This document shows positions 34,892 to 45,674 of a DNA stretch of 64,000 bases, one piece after another. Under the pieces are notes generated by a model. The model did no database searches and had not been told where the DNA came from. It was given only the letters and a program-made list of their open reading frames with translations. This stretch comes from Macrostomum hystrix (lineage: Eukaryota; Animalia; Platyhelminthes), in NCBI GenBank assembly GCA_950097015.1, contig CATNEN010000001.1:16182001-16246000 (forward strand), given 5' to 3'. Numbering within the stretch: the first letter of the stretch is position 1; every line of letters begins with the position of its first letter. A program made the position numbers and the translations under genes.

Positions 34892-37800
34892 TGTCAAGAC
34901 TCAAAGGAAGCTTCTTATAGCGAATATAACGAGTGTATTTGGGTTAAAGCCGCGCGTGCGAATAAGCCGTGTAGTCACTCTTACGTTTAGCTTGGGGGGG
35001 GTAAAAGGGGTGCAACAGTTGAGGCGAAGCTTAGCTTAACGGGACCATAGACAGAAGAAGAAGAGAGAAAGCCGTTAGGGCCGGGCTGCTTTGACACTGC
35101 ACAACATGTCTCCCTCCAGTCAAATGAAACAAAACAACGAGCGCATGTGGCTATTTTTTGTGGCTATGTTAGTCTTATCGGGAGGGCAACATATCAACCG
35201 TCACAGTGTCAGGGTGTGTATCGGTCTGGCTGTCGCCGATTTCGGTCACCCCTGCGCGGAACTTGATCTGCCACCGGAGCCGGTGGTGTCGGGGTTTCAT
35301 TGGGAGGCATGTCTGCCGGCGGCTCGACTTTCGTCCTCGTCGTCCTCAGAAGTGCGTGAGAGCATCGGGGCAATCTGATTGTTGCTTGCCAGACGCAGTT
35401 TGTCGTCCGTCAGCAACCAGGATGTGTTGCGCCCTTGGGTCATGAGGAACTCTGCGCCTCGGGACGGGGTGTGGTCGGTGGCCTTGTATACGACCTGGTC
35501 ACCTTGTTGGAAAGCCGAGACAACAGGTACGCGAAGTCGTCGACCGAACACGAGCTCAGCCGGTGTCTTTGACCTTGCACCTGACGAGTTGCGGTGGTGA
35601 AGCAGAACCTTCTGCAAAAACGCAATGAAGTCAGAGTGGGTCAGTCTCTGTGTCCAGGCCTGCAGGGCCCTCTTGACAGTTTGGACTGCTCGCTCGGCCG
35701 CACCATTAGATTGTGGCGAGTAGGGAGGGGTTTCCATCTTTCGGGCGCCGTTGGCATGCAGCCAGGACAGCAGGGCATCAGACGTGAATTCCGGTCCGTT
35801 GTCGGAGACCACCACCTCTGGGACTCCAAATCTCGTGAATACAGTACGTAACGAGCAAATAACCCTGTCTGCCGTCCTGTCGCGGGATGGAAAGGCTTCA
35901 ATCCATCCGGAATAGGAATCCACTACAATGAGAATGTTGCCCACCTCGGGCACGAAGGCCCAGTCCATGTGGATGCGCTGAAATGGAGCATCAGCAGGTG
36001 GCCAAGCATCTCGGGACTTCTGCAGTCGGGGCCGCATGCAGCACACTGCCGCACGAATCGTTCCACGTCGCGCTGCATGCCGGGCCACCAGCAGGACAGC
36101 TCCAGGAGGTGGTAGCTGGCAGAAGTACCGCTATGAGTGTCGTGAATCGCATCGAAGGCCTCTTTCCGGAGACGCGGAGGTATGAATGCGCGCCGGTGCA
36201 TGTAGAGGAGGCCGTTCTCGATTGTTAGAGCTGCTGCGTTTCTCTTGAAAGCGGCCTCTGCTTGTGTGCAGTTATGCCAGTCGCCATTGCGTACGCGACG
36301 TATGATGCGCTGTAGCAGTGGATCAGAATCAAGTTCGCTAGCGATCCGTCGAGGATTGATAGTAGGGGATTCAAAGGCAACTGAGTTGATTGCCTCGAAT
36401 GCGTCGGCCGGGTCTTGACTGTCATTATCAAACGGCAGACGAGAAAGCGCATCGGCATGCGGAATGCGCGATCCGGGAACGTAGACCACGCTAAAGTCAA
36501 ATTGCATCAGGTAAAGGGCCCAGCGACTGATTCTTGCCGATGAACTCATTGGTATGCTGCCACCGAAAAGCCGTAGAAGAGGCTGATGATCCGTCTGTAC
36601 CGTAAATCGTCGGCCTTGGAGGTAGTGTTTCAGGCGACAGACGGCCCAGAAGATGGCGAGTGCTTCCCGTTCAATGTTGGAATAGTTAGTCTCGGCCTTG
36701 GACAGTGTCCTAGAGATAAAGATTACAGGGCGTCCTTCCTGGGTAACAACGCCTGCCAACGCTCCTTTAGAGGCATCTGTTGTGAGGGTCACCTCCTTCT
36801 CCAGGCTGTACGGTTGTACTATTGGTCGTGATGAGATCTCCTTCTTGAGATTCTCGAAAGCGCGAGCACATGCTTCAGACCAGACAAACGGCGTGGATGC
36901 CTTGCGCAGTTCGTTCAATGGGGCGACCTTGGCGGAATAGTCAGGAATCAAGCGGCCGAAGAAATTCACCAGACCGAGAAATTGCTCGATCTCCTTCTTG
37001 GTCTTCGGTGTCGAGATGTGGCGAACTTTGTCCACGAGCTTATCATCGGGCCGAATTCCAGCGGCAGAAATTTCGAATCCAAGGAATGAAATCGAATCGC
37101 AAATGCCTGTACATTTGTCTTCATTGACCGTTACCTTTTTTTCGGCCAGGCGCGTTTTGACTGCTTTCAGACGCTTCTGGAGTGCTTCAACGTTCTCAGC
37201 ATAGACCATGATGTCGTCTTGATAGATCAGTAGTCCCTTCAAGTCGGAGAGGATGCTCTCCATTGTGCGTTGAAAAATGAATGAAGCGTTTTTCATGCCC
37301 ATCTGAAGGCGTTTGACGCGGTATAGGCCTCGCGAGGTATTGATGATAGAGATGCCTTGGGCGGATTCGTCCAGCTCGATCTGCCAGTAAGCCGACCTCA
37401 GATCAATCTTGGCAAACTTCTTGGCATTCTTTAACTTGCCAAAGAGGTGCTCGATGCTTGGAATAGGGTATGACTCTGGCTTTATTTTGTCGTTCACATG
37501 GACCTTGTAATCGGCGCACATGCGCAACGTCCCGTCCTTCTTCTTGATCCAGACGACCGGAGAAGCGTTGCTCACAGGACCCTCCACAGGCTCGATGATG
37601 CCAAGCTGCTGCAGCCGGTCCAACTCTGCGTTGACTTGCTTCTCTAGTGCGATTGGAACCGGACGAGCACGGCAGAACTGGGATCGAGCGCCTTCAACCA
37701 GCTCCATCTGTGCCTTGATGCCCTTGATGGTGGGCAGCGTTGTAGCTGCAACTGTGGGGCTCGGAGCTTGAGAGTTGGTGTGAAAGAGAGAGTCGGAATC

Positions 37801-39193
37801 TAAAAGATCACGGCCAAGGAGGCCGAACGGCTTCAAAGACGAAACCACGACGAATTCGGCGGGGTGTAACCTACCCCGCATCTCGACGGTAGAGCACAGC
37901 TTGCCGAGAGTCTTTAGGGTGTGGCCGTCGTAGGCCTCGAGGCGTCGGTGACTCTTTTGCAGTGGGGGCCTGCCCAGAGACTCCCAGATTGTGCTAGAAA
38001 GCACGGAGACGGATGCACCGGTATCCACTTGCATTGGTACCTTGGCGCCGTCTACAAGAAGTGTCTCAGATGCAACTTCGATTGCGTTGACCAGATCAAC
38101 GTCCATAAGATGCAGGATCTTCGAGGGCTCGGGCGTCATCGATGCATCGGATGGAACATCCGCGTGATGTACGGATTTGCTAGTCAGAGCAGAGCGGCAT
38201 ACGGCAGCAAAGTGGTTGCGCTTGGAGCACTTGGAACAGGTCTTGCCATATGCCGGGCACTTGCCTGCGTGATGGGATCCGCCACAGTACTTGCAGCCCT
38301 CGATGCGCTGACCATTGGAAGTTGGCCGTCCACCTTTGGAGTAGTGCACCGATTCGTCAGTGGCCGCATTATGTTGGGCTGGCGGCGACAATGGGCCAGC
38401 CGGGCCTACCGGGGGCAACGAGTTACAGGTTTGAACAAACGTGTTGATCTGTTCACAACTTCGAATGAGGTCAACAATCTCCGAGATTGTCTGATCCTTG
38501 GTTTGCATTGCACCGAGAATGCGCCGTTGATGCTCAGGGTTGTACAGTCCAGAAATGAGAGTAAGCCGCACCAGCTCCTCTGCGGGACTGGCGCAGTCCT
38601 TCAGAGAGTCAAAGGCGCAGTGCGTTGCTGCTTTCCTCAGGCGAGCTAAATAGTCTGCTATCGGCTCAGCAGCTTTCTGACGAATTGAGAAAAAGTCGGT
38701 TCTTTCGGCGACAATGAGGCGCTTCTGAGGTTGTAAGTAGGACACCAGGGCTGTCTCGATCTCTTGGAAGGTCAGCTTGTCGATCTCCTTCGGAGCGACG
38801 AGATGAGTCAGCTTCTCCAAAGCAGGCAGTCCGCAGGATGCCAAAAAATTGTCTGCGACTTGTCGGGATTCGGTCGAGTCGGTCCACTTCTTGGCGCGGG
38901 CCAGAGCATTGAAGGCCTTGAGCCACATCAGTGCACGGTCGGCATCGCCGAGAAAAAGGTCACCAAGCCGCGACGCCATTGTCAAGACTCAAAGGAAGCT
39001 TCTTATAGCGAATATAACGAGTGTATTTGAGTTAAAGCCGCGCGTGCGAATAAGCCGTGTAGTCACTCTTACGTTTAGCTTGGGGGGGTAAAAGGGGTGC
39101 AACAGTTGAGGCGAAGCTTAGCTTAACGGGACCATAGACAGAAGAAGAAGAGAGAAAGCCGTTAGGGCCGGGCTGCTTTGACACTGCACAACA
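34892..39193 (-). mobile_element. Compact Ty3/gypsy LTR retrotransposon, Mag-like
   Basis: LTRs 34892-35106 and 38980-39193 (2 differences seen), imperfect 5-bp TSD aataa/attaa, PPT ggagggag, PBS TGGCGTCGCG. Confidence 0.92.
35297..38979 (-). pseudogene. gag-pol: Single-ORF gag-pol, frameshifted near 36030 in the integrase zinc-binding region
   Basis: Two CCHC knuckles, VDTGA protease, YQDD RT, TDAS RNaseH; integrase core (HMDW, SDNG, AER) continues in another frame. Confidence 0.9.
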
Positions 39194-39938
39194 ATTAATT
39201 TATAAATAACTGTATTAATGTTGTGTTCAATATTTATGCACAAATACGCACGCGCACATTTTTAAATAAATAAATGTTTAAAAAATACACATTTACACAA
39301 AAAATACACAAGCCATAATTTTTCATCGCCGTCTTCAATTTTTTGTGTGCCACTGGCACTGGTTGGTTGGATTTCCGTATAGTTGTTGACTTGACAATAA
39401 GGAATAATATTGTATATATACAATACATAGTATTAGTATGTATGTGAAACCTTATTGAGAAATCAAAGGACATCAGGACAATTAAATAGTCTGAATCAGG
39501 ACAGTCTGAATCGGAATCATAGTTCTTAATCATAGTCGTACAAATCGTGTATATGAGAGACGGTTACAAGACAGCATACATTGTTGATAACGCATTCCTA
39601 ATTATTTAGCTATTTAGTTAAAAAAAACACATGAAAGAAATTAATTCTGTTGTCAGCCGCTGTAGGCTCAGCATATACATAGTAGGCGTGTCTAGCAATT
39701 CTAGTAATCATGAGTTCTGAGTTCTGACCGGCAGATTGTAATGATATCATTGCAACGATTGCTAGATAAGCTAGACTATCATGCATATTGTAATATTTGC
39801 ATCGCAACGGAAAAAAAGAATCACCATCAACGCTAGTAGATGGTGATCAACGATATTAAACGCAAACTACAGTAAATACCCGGTAAATTACAGATACTTA
39901 AGGTAAGTAAATTACAATAAATTCAATTACTACAAAAG

Positions 39939-40145
39939 CTAGTTTGCCTTTGTCGAGTCAGCCGTTCGAGCCGTTCGCTATTGGCTCAGCTCGCTCTAAC
40001 CGGATTGGCTCTGTCGGATTCCGCGCTTTTGCATTGGCTCTTGTCCAGTAAAGCTTTGAGAAGGCGGGGTCCCAACGGAGCATATCTGCACGTACGTAGC
40101 TCGTATATGAATAGTTGATCAATCTTTGTTGAGCAACTTTATAGT
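39939..40145 (+). promoter_or_regulatory. Promoter cassette, copy 2
   Basis: Homologous to 34055-34285; ends about 70 bp upstream of ATG 40212. Confidence 0.65.
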
Positions 40146-40211
40146 CTCTAGAAAATTTCTAGCTACTTAGTCACTCAAATTCTTATATTGAAGCTATTAT
40201 AAAAGCTTAAA

Positions 40212-41816
40212 ATGCAGTCCAATCGCTATATTGTATTTTTCTCTAATGATGGTGAAATTTTAGAAGTAGATGAGACAGAGATTATGCTTGGTGAATACCA
40301 GGATTTTGACTGGGCCAGCATGGAGCCTTCGGAACTGTACTCAGCTACGAGAATTGAGGTGAGGGCAGAGTACAGTGGCGAATGGTATGACGCCGTTCTC
40401 CTCCAGGTGGTCACTGACCCAGAAGTGGACAGCACGCCAACCGTCCTTCACCTGCGGAGAATGCGCACCATCAAGAAGAAAAGTGTGGACTCGCTTCTGA
40501 AGGCCGTTTGTCGGGTGAATGCCGGGCGCCACCGAAGCCGATTGGGAGCCATTCAGGTAGGACACTACAACTTTTACTATAACAGATAGTCTGTTAATAA
40601 ACAGCAGACATTTTTATTAATTATCCAAGTAGACTCACTGCTTAAACCATTCACAGATCAAAGCCGCACTCATTCATTTGCTCACAGACTCACTGATTTC
40701 TGTGATTCATTTACAGACGCTCTCATTTATTCATTTACTGACTCTGGTTCATTCTCGAACAGACTTTATCCACACAAATTGAGTTTTTCAATAAGCAGAA
40801 TAGCTGCCTGTGATGGCCTGGGCTGCAGACCCTCAGTCTGCACGCCTGGCCGGGAACTTTGACTGCACAAAACTAACTGTGTCCTGTCTGCTTGCACTCA
40901 GCGTGGGGGCCACTGACTCATGGGCGCTGTACGCTTCACAACTCACTGCGCACCGAGTTTCCCGTTGTACTTTCACATGCCTTCCCCTGCGCTTGTTGTA
41001 GCCTGCTTTGTCATGGGCCCAGAGCCCTCAAATATAATGTTGAGCCTGACTGGTTGGGCTCCACACACTCTTCTGTTCCTCCTTTTCTGGATCTGCTCCC
41101 AGTGAGAGCCGAGACACTTGAAATTGGAGCTCGTTTTGACTTCTAACACAAGTCATTACACTGCCTATCATCACATTTCCTTCTAAAATTAAAACAGAAC
41201 ATTACTACCTCGGAGAGCGAGAGGGAAGCTTCCGAGGCCATAAATCAGAGGAATGTGGGCTCCAAAGCAGCTCCTCTGCCTGATCGACCGCAGCTACAGA
41301 GATTAAGCAGCACCGCGACACTGATCCCATCCCCATCCACACCTCAAAGACTGATGGAGGACCAGGAGAACCACCTGCATTCAACCAGCGCCATGGAATC
41401 TCCGATTGTTGATGGTAAGAGTTTATTAGACTATACACTAAATTGTTTCACTCATCCAATCCATCCATGCATACACGTATTCAAAAACTCACGGATTCAT
41501 ATAAATTCGCAGACTCACTGATCCATTCGCGAAAACTCATTGATTTATTGATTCACAGACTCACTGGTTCATTCATTCACAATTCAATGTTCAATTCACT
41601 CACAGACTCACTGTTCAATTCATTCACAGACTTACTCAATCAATTACTAGCAGATTTACAAACAGTGATTCAAAGTCTAATTTATTTTCCCCACTACTCT
41701 GCTTACAGGTCATGACAATGCCACTACTGTGCCAAAATTGTCGGGGCCATCGGCATCAGACATTCAGCGTTCACCGAGCAGGCTGAGCAGCTCGGTCCAT
41801 CAGGAAGTAGCTGATG
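40212..41816 (+). pseudogene. Multi-exon accessory gene, 3' part missing; join(40212-40556,41198-41414,41709-41816...)
   Basis: Three open exons with matching phases (0,1,1); N-terminal YIVFF...VRAEYSGEWYDAVLLQV beta-rich, Tudor/SH3-like pattern, then Ser/Pro-rich linker; next intron holds the mariner and no later exon was found. Confidence 0.65.
41440..41665. repeat. Degenerate intronic repeat (attcacagactcactg-like)
   Basis: Recurrent cagactcactg and cattca units, also at 40630-40770. Confidence 0.6.
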
Positions 41817-41904
41817 GTAAGGTTTCGAAATAATATTTCTGCATTCGCTCATTTGTAGACTCGCTATTGGATCATTGAGACTCACTGATCCATTCACAAT
41901 ATTA

Positions 41905-43350
41905 CGTAGGGTGTCCCAGAAATAGCGGGAAAAATCGATGTACAGGCAAACTGGTGAAACATAGTTTATTGAAACTCACGTCACTGATAAATAAACATTC
42001 AGCAGTTCTAACGCTTTTTAAATTAAGTAAATATGTCAATTCATTAAAAAGTTATGGCTAAAATTAAAACAAGGGGTAAGGGGTAGAGTTACACCAAGTC
42101 AAGGCCAGCGGAATCGGTCACGCAGCATCGCCATCGCCGTCGACTGACGACTTTTCGACGAAGTCCCCCTTAGCTCGCAGCACTTAGTCCATCGCGTGAG
42201 AAGCGCATTGATGGCATCTGCATAAGCTCGACGCGGAATTTCGTGCAGCAGAACCAGCCTGACTTCACCTTCCAAGTTGTCGCGATGGTCAAAGATGCGC
42301 CCCCGCAGGTGCTTCTTTAACTGAGGGAAAATTGCGTAGTCGCAAGGAGCCAAGTCTGGTGAGTAGGGCGGGTGCGCAAGCAGATCAAAATTGAGTTCGT
42401 TGATACGATCAAGCGTTTTCTTGGCCGTGTGAGGTCGAGCGTTGTCGTGCAACAGGAGGTGAGGCTTCATCGCAGTCCTGCGCTTGTTGCGGATGTCCGA
42501 TTTCAGCTTAGTCAGCGTCTCCGTGTACCGGTCCGAGTTAACCGTGCTGTTAGGCTCAAGGAAGTCGATGGTCAGGGGACCTTCTTGATCGAAGAAAAGG
42601 GTCAGCATGATCTTCTTGCAGTGCTGGTCTCGCTTCGCCTTCACAGGTGGATATGAACCCTTCAACGCCCACACCTTGCTTTCCTGCTTGGTCTCAGGGT
42701 CAAAGTGCGGTATCCAGGTTTCATCGCCGGTCACCAGATAGGGTGGAAACTCTCCCATCCACCAGCATCACGCACCAGCTCAAGATTCTCCCTGCAGGAC
42801 TTCATTCTTACAGTTTTCATTTCTTCTGTCAACAAACGGGGCACCCATCTCGCCGTCAGTTTCACCATACCAAGATCCACAGACAAGATCCGATGAATTG
42901 AAGTTTTTGGACTTCCCAGTCGATCCGCCAACTCTCTTGCAGTCAAACGGGGATTTGCCTGTACGATTTCCTTCACCATTTGAATCAGTGCCTTTGTTGA
43001 TGGAGAGATCGGACGGCCACGGTTGGCTGTGTCATCGGCAACGTCTGTTCGCCCATGACTGAACTCTTCAAGCCAGCGATAGACAGCACTCTTCGAGATG
43101 GCACTCACTCCGTAGATTTCAGTCAGCTGGCTTACAATTTCACTGCCTCGCTTGCCCAATTTCCATTGGGAGTACACGAACTGGCGCTGACCTTCTTTGG
43201 ACGAAACGTTAAACATTGAACGATTGAACAAGGGAAAATGAAAAAAATCCAAACTCAACAGCGGCGTCTTGTCGAGCACAAAATGTCGATATTCGCGATG
43301 TCGATCGTGCTTGCTGTCGTTAGTGCCACGGGTATTTCTTGCGTCAGCTT
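41905..43350 (-). mobile_element. mariner (DD34D) element with one TIR only
   Basis: TA followed by cgtagggtgtcccagaaa at 41903; no matching inverted end found; right boundary approximate. Confidence 0.8.
42099..43216 (-). pseudogene. mariner transposase, frameshifted near 42740 and probably near 42165
   Basis: WVPRLL, VTGDETW, HDNARPH and YSPDLAPCD motifs; 34 residues between the second and third Asp. Confidence 0.93.
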
Positions 43351-44384
43351 CTGCATATTTTGATTCTGGTGCTCACGCTTCTCTGCTCGTCTGTTGCCTT
43401 TTTCTGCTTCTGTTCACTGATGCTTCTGCTCATTTTCTTCTGTCGCAAAAATTTTGTCTAAGGACAAAATTTTGTAGTTTTTGTGAGGTATAAAAATTAT
43501 TCGTCTTCCTTTCTATTATTTTCCTACATGCTTTAGAAACGCGCTTCGTTATTTACGTAGAGTATAGTAAGTATAGTACACAATGATATTTCTTGCTATG
43601 TATTCAAATTAGTATTTTTTACCCCATGTCTATGCTGCCTGTTGTGCGTTGTGTTACTGCAAAGGCATTTTATACTTTTGATGTGCTGTAGACTGCTGAG
43701 CAGCCTCCAGGCAATCTGAGAGTCAGGCTGTTCTAGGTCTGTGGGAGGGCTAGGGTTGGTAGTTAGTGTTCCCCGTGCACTGTCACTTCCGCTCGCCACC
43801 CCCCCTTCCGCTGTCTCTCTCTTTCCAGCTCTGTCTGCGCACTGAGTCATATTGCACACCATGGTGCAATCGCTTAAGTTCGGAAGAAGACTGGCATAAC
43901 ATCGCTCAAATGCTCCTACTATGAGTAGAGCACAGTCCGACGAATCCTTGAGAGGGTGTTAGTGCCATGGTAAACACAACTTCTGTACGAATATGCACGT
44001 TTCTTGTCTCCAGTCTTCATGCCGTTTAGCGACACTTCAGCTTTGCTTCGGTTCGCTTTCTTCTTGCATCTTATTGGCAAACAAACCGTATACTGCGTTT
44101 AGAAGCAGAGTATACCGGGTGTTTCAGAGCAAGGTCAGATAAGTTAATTATAGGCTAACTTAGAGCAATCCGAGGAAACTAGGTAATCTAGCCTGACTAC
44201 CGGATTGTTCCTCTGCCAGGAAGCATCTGCGTTGAGGCCGGTATAAAAATCTCTCTCGGAATCTAGTTCCTGTCTTGGTTATTTTACCAATTGTGTGTGC
44301 CACGCTACCACAGGTACAACATTGGTGGCAAAGCGGTGTGATTCGAGTTAGCCTTTTTACTCATTCACTGCGGAAACGAACGCC

Positions 44385-45674
44385 ATGTCCCAAGAGGAAT
44401 TAGATTCAGAGAGAGAAGAGAGGCAGCAGGTAGCCCGGAGCAAGGAGTCTCGCGGTGGCTGTGCGCTGCAGGAAGCTGCTGGCAGGAGTCGGTGGAACGG
44501 CCGCGGCAACGGCTGTGTCGGCGACGGCGAGGACGGCGAGAGCGACTTCGGCGACGACGACCAGTCTGGCGGCGAGGACGACGACCGGGGCGCAGCGGCA
44601 GCGGCAGCAAGGCGACGACGACCGAGGCTGGACGACAGGGCGACGGCTGACCTGGTGTACCGGATGCTCAACCTGATGGAGAAGCAGGTGGAACAACAAC
44701 AAGGTAGGACGGCGAAGATTGCCAAGTTTTCTCGGGGTCAGGACGTGCATCTGTGGGTGGACGCGTTTGAAGCGTATTGCGCCCGGGCTGCGATTCGCAG
44801 TTCGGAGACACGCAAGGCCCTTCTACTCGACCACCTCGATGTACAGTGCCTGAATGCCGTCCTCAGGATGAAGCTGCCCGAAGAGCTCACGTATGCCCAG
44901 TTCAAGGAGCGTATTGTGGAGCGATTCGCGCCGCTGAGTAGCCCTGAGGAGTACCGAGACGAGTTCCGCAATCGCTATCAGAAGAAAGCGGAAACGCTTG
45001 ATGACTATGCTGATGCGTTGCAGGGACTCGGTGAGCAGGCCTACACCAACCTTCGCCAGAGAGACCTGGACTATGAGTTGGTCGACCAGTTTATTAAGGG
45101 AGTTCGGACTTCGGTTGAGAACCGCAAGCACCTGCTGCGGACTCGCCCTAGAACACTCCTGGAAGCTAGGCGAGAGTTGAAGCGCCTAGAGGTGGTCGAC
45201 GAGGCAGTCCAGAGGGCGAAGGATGGGCCGGCTCGGATGGTGCACGGCGAGGATGGGGACCTGAATGCGCGGCCGCCACCGCAAGGTGTTACCGCTGCGC
45301 TGAAGGGACTCGAATCGCTGATGACCAAGATGGTCGAGGTCCAGGGTCAGCAGCTGCAGCATCAGCAGAAGATGCAGGAGATGCTGGTCCAGGCGCTCAG
45401 CCGACCACAAGGAGCCGTGCAGCAGGAAGGACCGGCGCCGCCAAGAGGGGCATGCTTTGGTTGCGGGAAGTTCGGACACCTGAGGCGTGATTGCCCGACG
45501 AGGCCACCCAAGCCGCGTTACGAGCACCACACTCGGGGGTACCCGAGAGAGCAACGGCAAGAGCCCAGGCAGCAGTCCGAGCTGCAGGCCCAAGGCACTC
45601 AGACGTCGGGAAACGAGACGGCGAGGAGCACGGACGGCAGTGCCCCTCGCAGTCCAGTTCCTGGACGGGCCTGA
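44385..45674 (+). CDS. gag: Gag, 429 aa
   Basis: YQKKAETLDDYADAL major-homology-like region and CFGCGKFGHLRRDC knuckle. Confidence 0.93.
   Translation: MSQEELDSEREERQQVARSKESRGGCALQEAAGRSRWNGRGNGCVGDGEDGESDFGDDDQSGGEDDDRGAAAAAARRRRPRLDDRATADLVYRMLNLMEKQVEQQQGRTAKIAKFSRGQDVHLWVDAFEAYCARAAIRSSETRKALLLDHLDVQCLNAVLRMKLPEELTYAQFKERIVERFAPLSSPEEYRDEFRNRYQKKAETLDDYADALQGLGEQAYTNLRQRDLDYELVDQFIKGVRTSVENRKHLLRTRPRTLLEARRELKRLEVVDEAVQRAKDGPARMVHGEDGDLNARPPPQGVTAALKGLESLMTKMVEVQGQQLQHQQKMQEMLVQALSRPQGAVQQEGPAPPRGACFGCGKFGHLRRDCPTRPPKPRYEHHTRGYPREQRQEPRQQSELQAQGTQTSGNETARSTDGSAPRSPVPGRA

Noticed and set aside
28892-43216. SETMAR-like SET-mariner fusion
   Set aside because: The SET gene has its own ATG, stop and polyA signal, lies ~12 kb away and downstream of the mariner on the minus strand, and is SETD8-like rather than pre-SET type.
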